DNA of 64,000 bases from Geosiphon pyriformis uo1 (taxonomy: Eukaryota; Fungi; Glomeromycota), in the NCBI GenBank assembly GCA_016748015.1, contig JAAOMT010000088.1, positions 62,001 to 126,000 of the forward strand, read 5' to 3'. The position numbers and the translations under genes were made by a program. Within the stretch, counting starts at the first letter, position 1. Each line of letters begins with the position of its first letter. Under the pieces are notes generated by a model. It had not been told where the DNA came from, ran no database searches, and saw only the letters and a program-made list of their open reading frames with translations. Shown one piece after another: positions 61,801 to 64,000 of the stretch.

Positions 61801-64000
61801 TGGAAGATTGCGTCGTTGTACCCTTCAAAACCAAAAAATTGTCCCCACGAAGAACATCAAAAGTGCTACAAGCCAAAGAGATCCTATCTGAAAGAATCTT
61901 GGAGAGAATCTTGCAGGCAGTTTCAATTAAAGCTATTGGACGGGTGTTCATAAGAACTCCCTTCTATTCATATGGTTTAGGAATCATCAAAACCCAAGCT
62001 TTCTTCTAAGACCCAGGAACCAACTCGCCAACCAAACAGAGATTTAAAAGCACCAAAAGCATATCTAAGACAGATTTGTCACAATGTTTCCATAATTCAT
62101 TGGAGATACCAGAAAGACCAGCCACTTTTCCATTAGGAAGATCCTCAACAACAGCTGACAACTCATCAAAACTAATCGAACACATGATGTTAGAGAAAGC
62201 ACCATCAAACACATAATCCAGAGGCCAATATTGATGAGCCCAATTCTCAGACAAGTCAGACACCACCTCACGTTTTCTGGTCCATCCCTCCATAATTTCG
62301 TCCACCTTAGACTTAACCAAATCAGGCTCCAAAATCAACTCATCTTCCACAACCAGATGATCTAGGACCACCTTGCGAAAAGGACGCTCCAAGACACTCC
62401 TAATGGTGTGACTCTTGTTCAGCTCAAAACTCTCCATTCTCCTATTAATAGCCTGCTTGATAAAGGATTCCTCAGCGCACTTAAATTCTGATAATTTAAG
62501 AGAGCAGTACGATTTCCTTGCTTTGGCCAATACAGAACGAATATGATTAAAATTAGAACCTGAAAGAAACAGGGACCTAACCACTGATGCACCAGGAGAG
62601 TCTAGTCTGTGCCACACCTCCAATAAAGAAGCAAAACTATCACTAGAAGCCAAACACGAAGCCTTGACCAACTTAAAAACCAGCAGCTCCAGCTTGTGAA
62701 ACCTAGAAGAAGTTTTGGTAAACACGCCATCAAAAACTTTGAACCATTTTTTCCTAAATATACTACCTGCTGAGAGAACCATAATCTTGCGAATAATGTT
62801 CCATATAGCGTCCACATCTGAAAACCTTACTGCCACACCAAAAGCATCCGAGAACATAGAGACATTAGCAGCTGAAGCAACCTTGAACTTCAACCACTTA
62901 GCTTCATTGGTACTTTTGACGTCAAACTTTCAACAATCTTTATTTGCTTGCTTGCAAAGAGAATTCAAATGTGTATCCAAGAGCCTGCCCAAACCCAAAT
63001 CCACCGAAACAGCTTGATGGTCTGTGTCAAAATGCCCACTGACATTCAAAACTTCATGACTCACTATTGCATTGACAAGACTCGAGGAGACGAACACGTA
63101 ATCAATTGTTTTCTTAACACCCCTAGAATTTTTCTAAGTGGGCATTTTCACAGCTGGGCTACTGACTAAAGAATTGACCAGACCCAAATCAAAGCATTTT
63201 TTGAAACTTGCACTTTTATGAGAACCGTCTTCATTAAAATCGCCACCAAGAATGACAAAAGAAGATTCATTAACAGCTTTTGCAATAAGAGAGTTGATAT
63301 TGCCAGCTTGAGCAAACTGAGTTACCGAAAAGGCACCAGCATACAGTCCCAAAATTGACACAGATAGTTTATTCTTGAAAAGCAGCCTAATGGACAGGAG
63401 TCGACCAGGTACCTCAGAAACCTTGCACACATGACAAGCCAAAGAAACGTCCATGATAACAGCAACACTCACACCCAAGTGACCAGAGTCCAAACCAGAA
63501 GTGAACATTCGGACATCATCGAACTTGTCTGCAATCCACGGACAAACCCTACTTCTTAATTTCATTTCAGTAATGATAGAGATTACATTGTTCATTTCAT
63601 TATGCCACCTGATAATGTCTTCTTGCTTAGTGGGATTGTTCATGCCCCTGATGTTGTATGTAGCAACTTTCCAGACCAAACTGCTCATTGAGTGAGGGGT
63701 AGAGATGCCGAACATGCACCTATACTATCCACTTTGGCCGAAAGGCCCAGAATTGTTTCCATTAGACACTTCATGCTGTCTTCCAGCTTAGACACTGAAA
63801 ACATATTGAAAGACACCGCTTCTGCAACATTCCCACCACTAGTGGATGCACCTGAACTCTCACTCATTACTACATCCGCCTCTTGATCCTGTGATGAAGG
63901 GGTCACCAATGGCTGACATTCAGGGTTAGGCTGGGGAACCGTTGGTCCGAGTGCATCCAACCTCTTAGCCAGCTTATTAACTTGCTCCGCAAGGCTGGCG
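58869..64000 (-). mobile_element. LINE, least eroded copy; ORF1 C-terminus plus ORF2 (APE-RT-RNase H-CCHC), poly(A); runs off the window
   Basis: ORF2 from 63688: MSSLVWKVATYNIRG, ILGGDFNE, LQDMHKAYNLVGW, GLDQGEVFSPLLW, AFVDD, VYTDGS...ELQA...SDSQAAL...KVKSHSGVSGNEHADALAK, CLFCGDIETSDHVFLC. T-run at 58869-58879. Several stops and frameshifts. Confidence 0.95.

Noticed and set aside
59183-63886. Numerous + strand ORFs over the LINE (likewise antisense ORFs over the half-LINEs and genes)
   Set aside because: Shadow ORFs of opposite-strand coding sequence with no independent motifs.

Overview
Eukaryotic, intron-rich fungal DNA. Gene structure and repeat families point to Glomeromycotina; the repeat-encoded proteins resemble Geosiphon pyriformis as I recall them (not verified). 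There are two compact gene islands. Island 1 (5.0-14.2 kb): RPB6, COQ7, PTM1/TMEM87-like, two small hypothetical genes, RPS17. Island 2 (41.8-47.8 kb): TSC13/TECR, SLS1-like, POP5. Around them lie nested transposon relics eroded by C>T/G>A transitions, down to about 5-10% GC in sampled lines. Mobile elements: (i) a Fanzor2/IS607-TnpB-like relic ending 48 bp before the RPB6 ATG; (ii) three APE-RT-RNaseH LINE copies; (iii) three recognisable and three heavily eroded copies of a 2.3-kb ORF1-only 'half-LINE' that shares the LINE 3' tail, one with a TSD; (iv) a ~10-kb Ty3/Gypsy element with a Cys-rich domain, a dUTPase, an extra 3' coding region and a nested copy of itself; (v) a solo LTR; (vi) an intron-containing MULE transposase relic. 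The PTM1 gene carries an AT-AC U12-type minor intron. Several N gaps scramble the Gypsy pol region. All assignments come from manual reading and translation; no searches were run.
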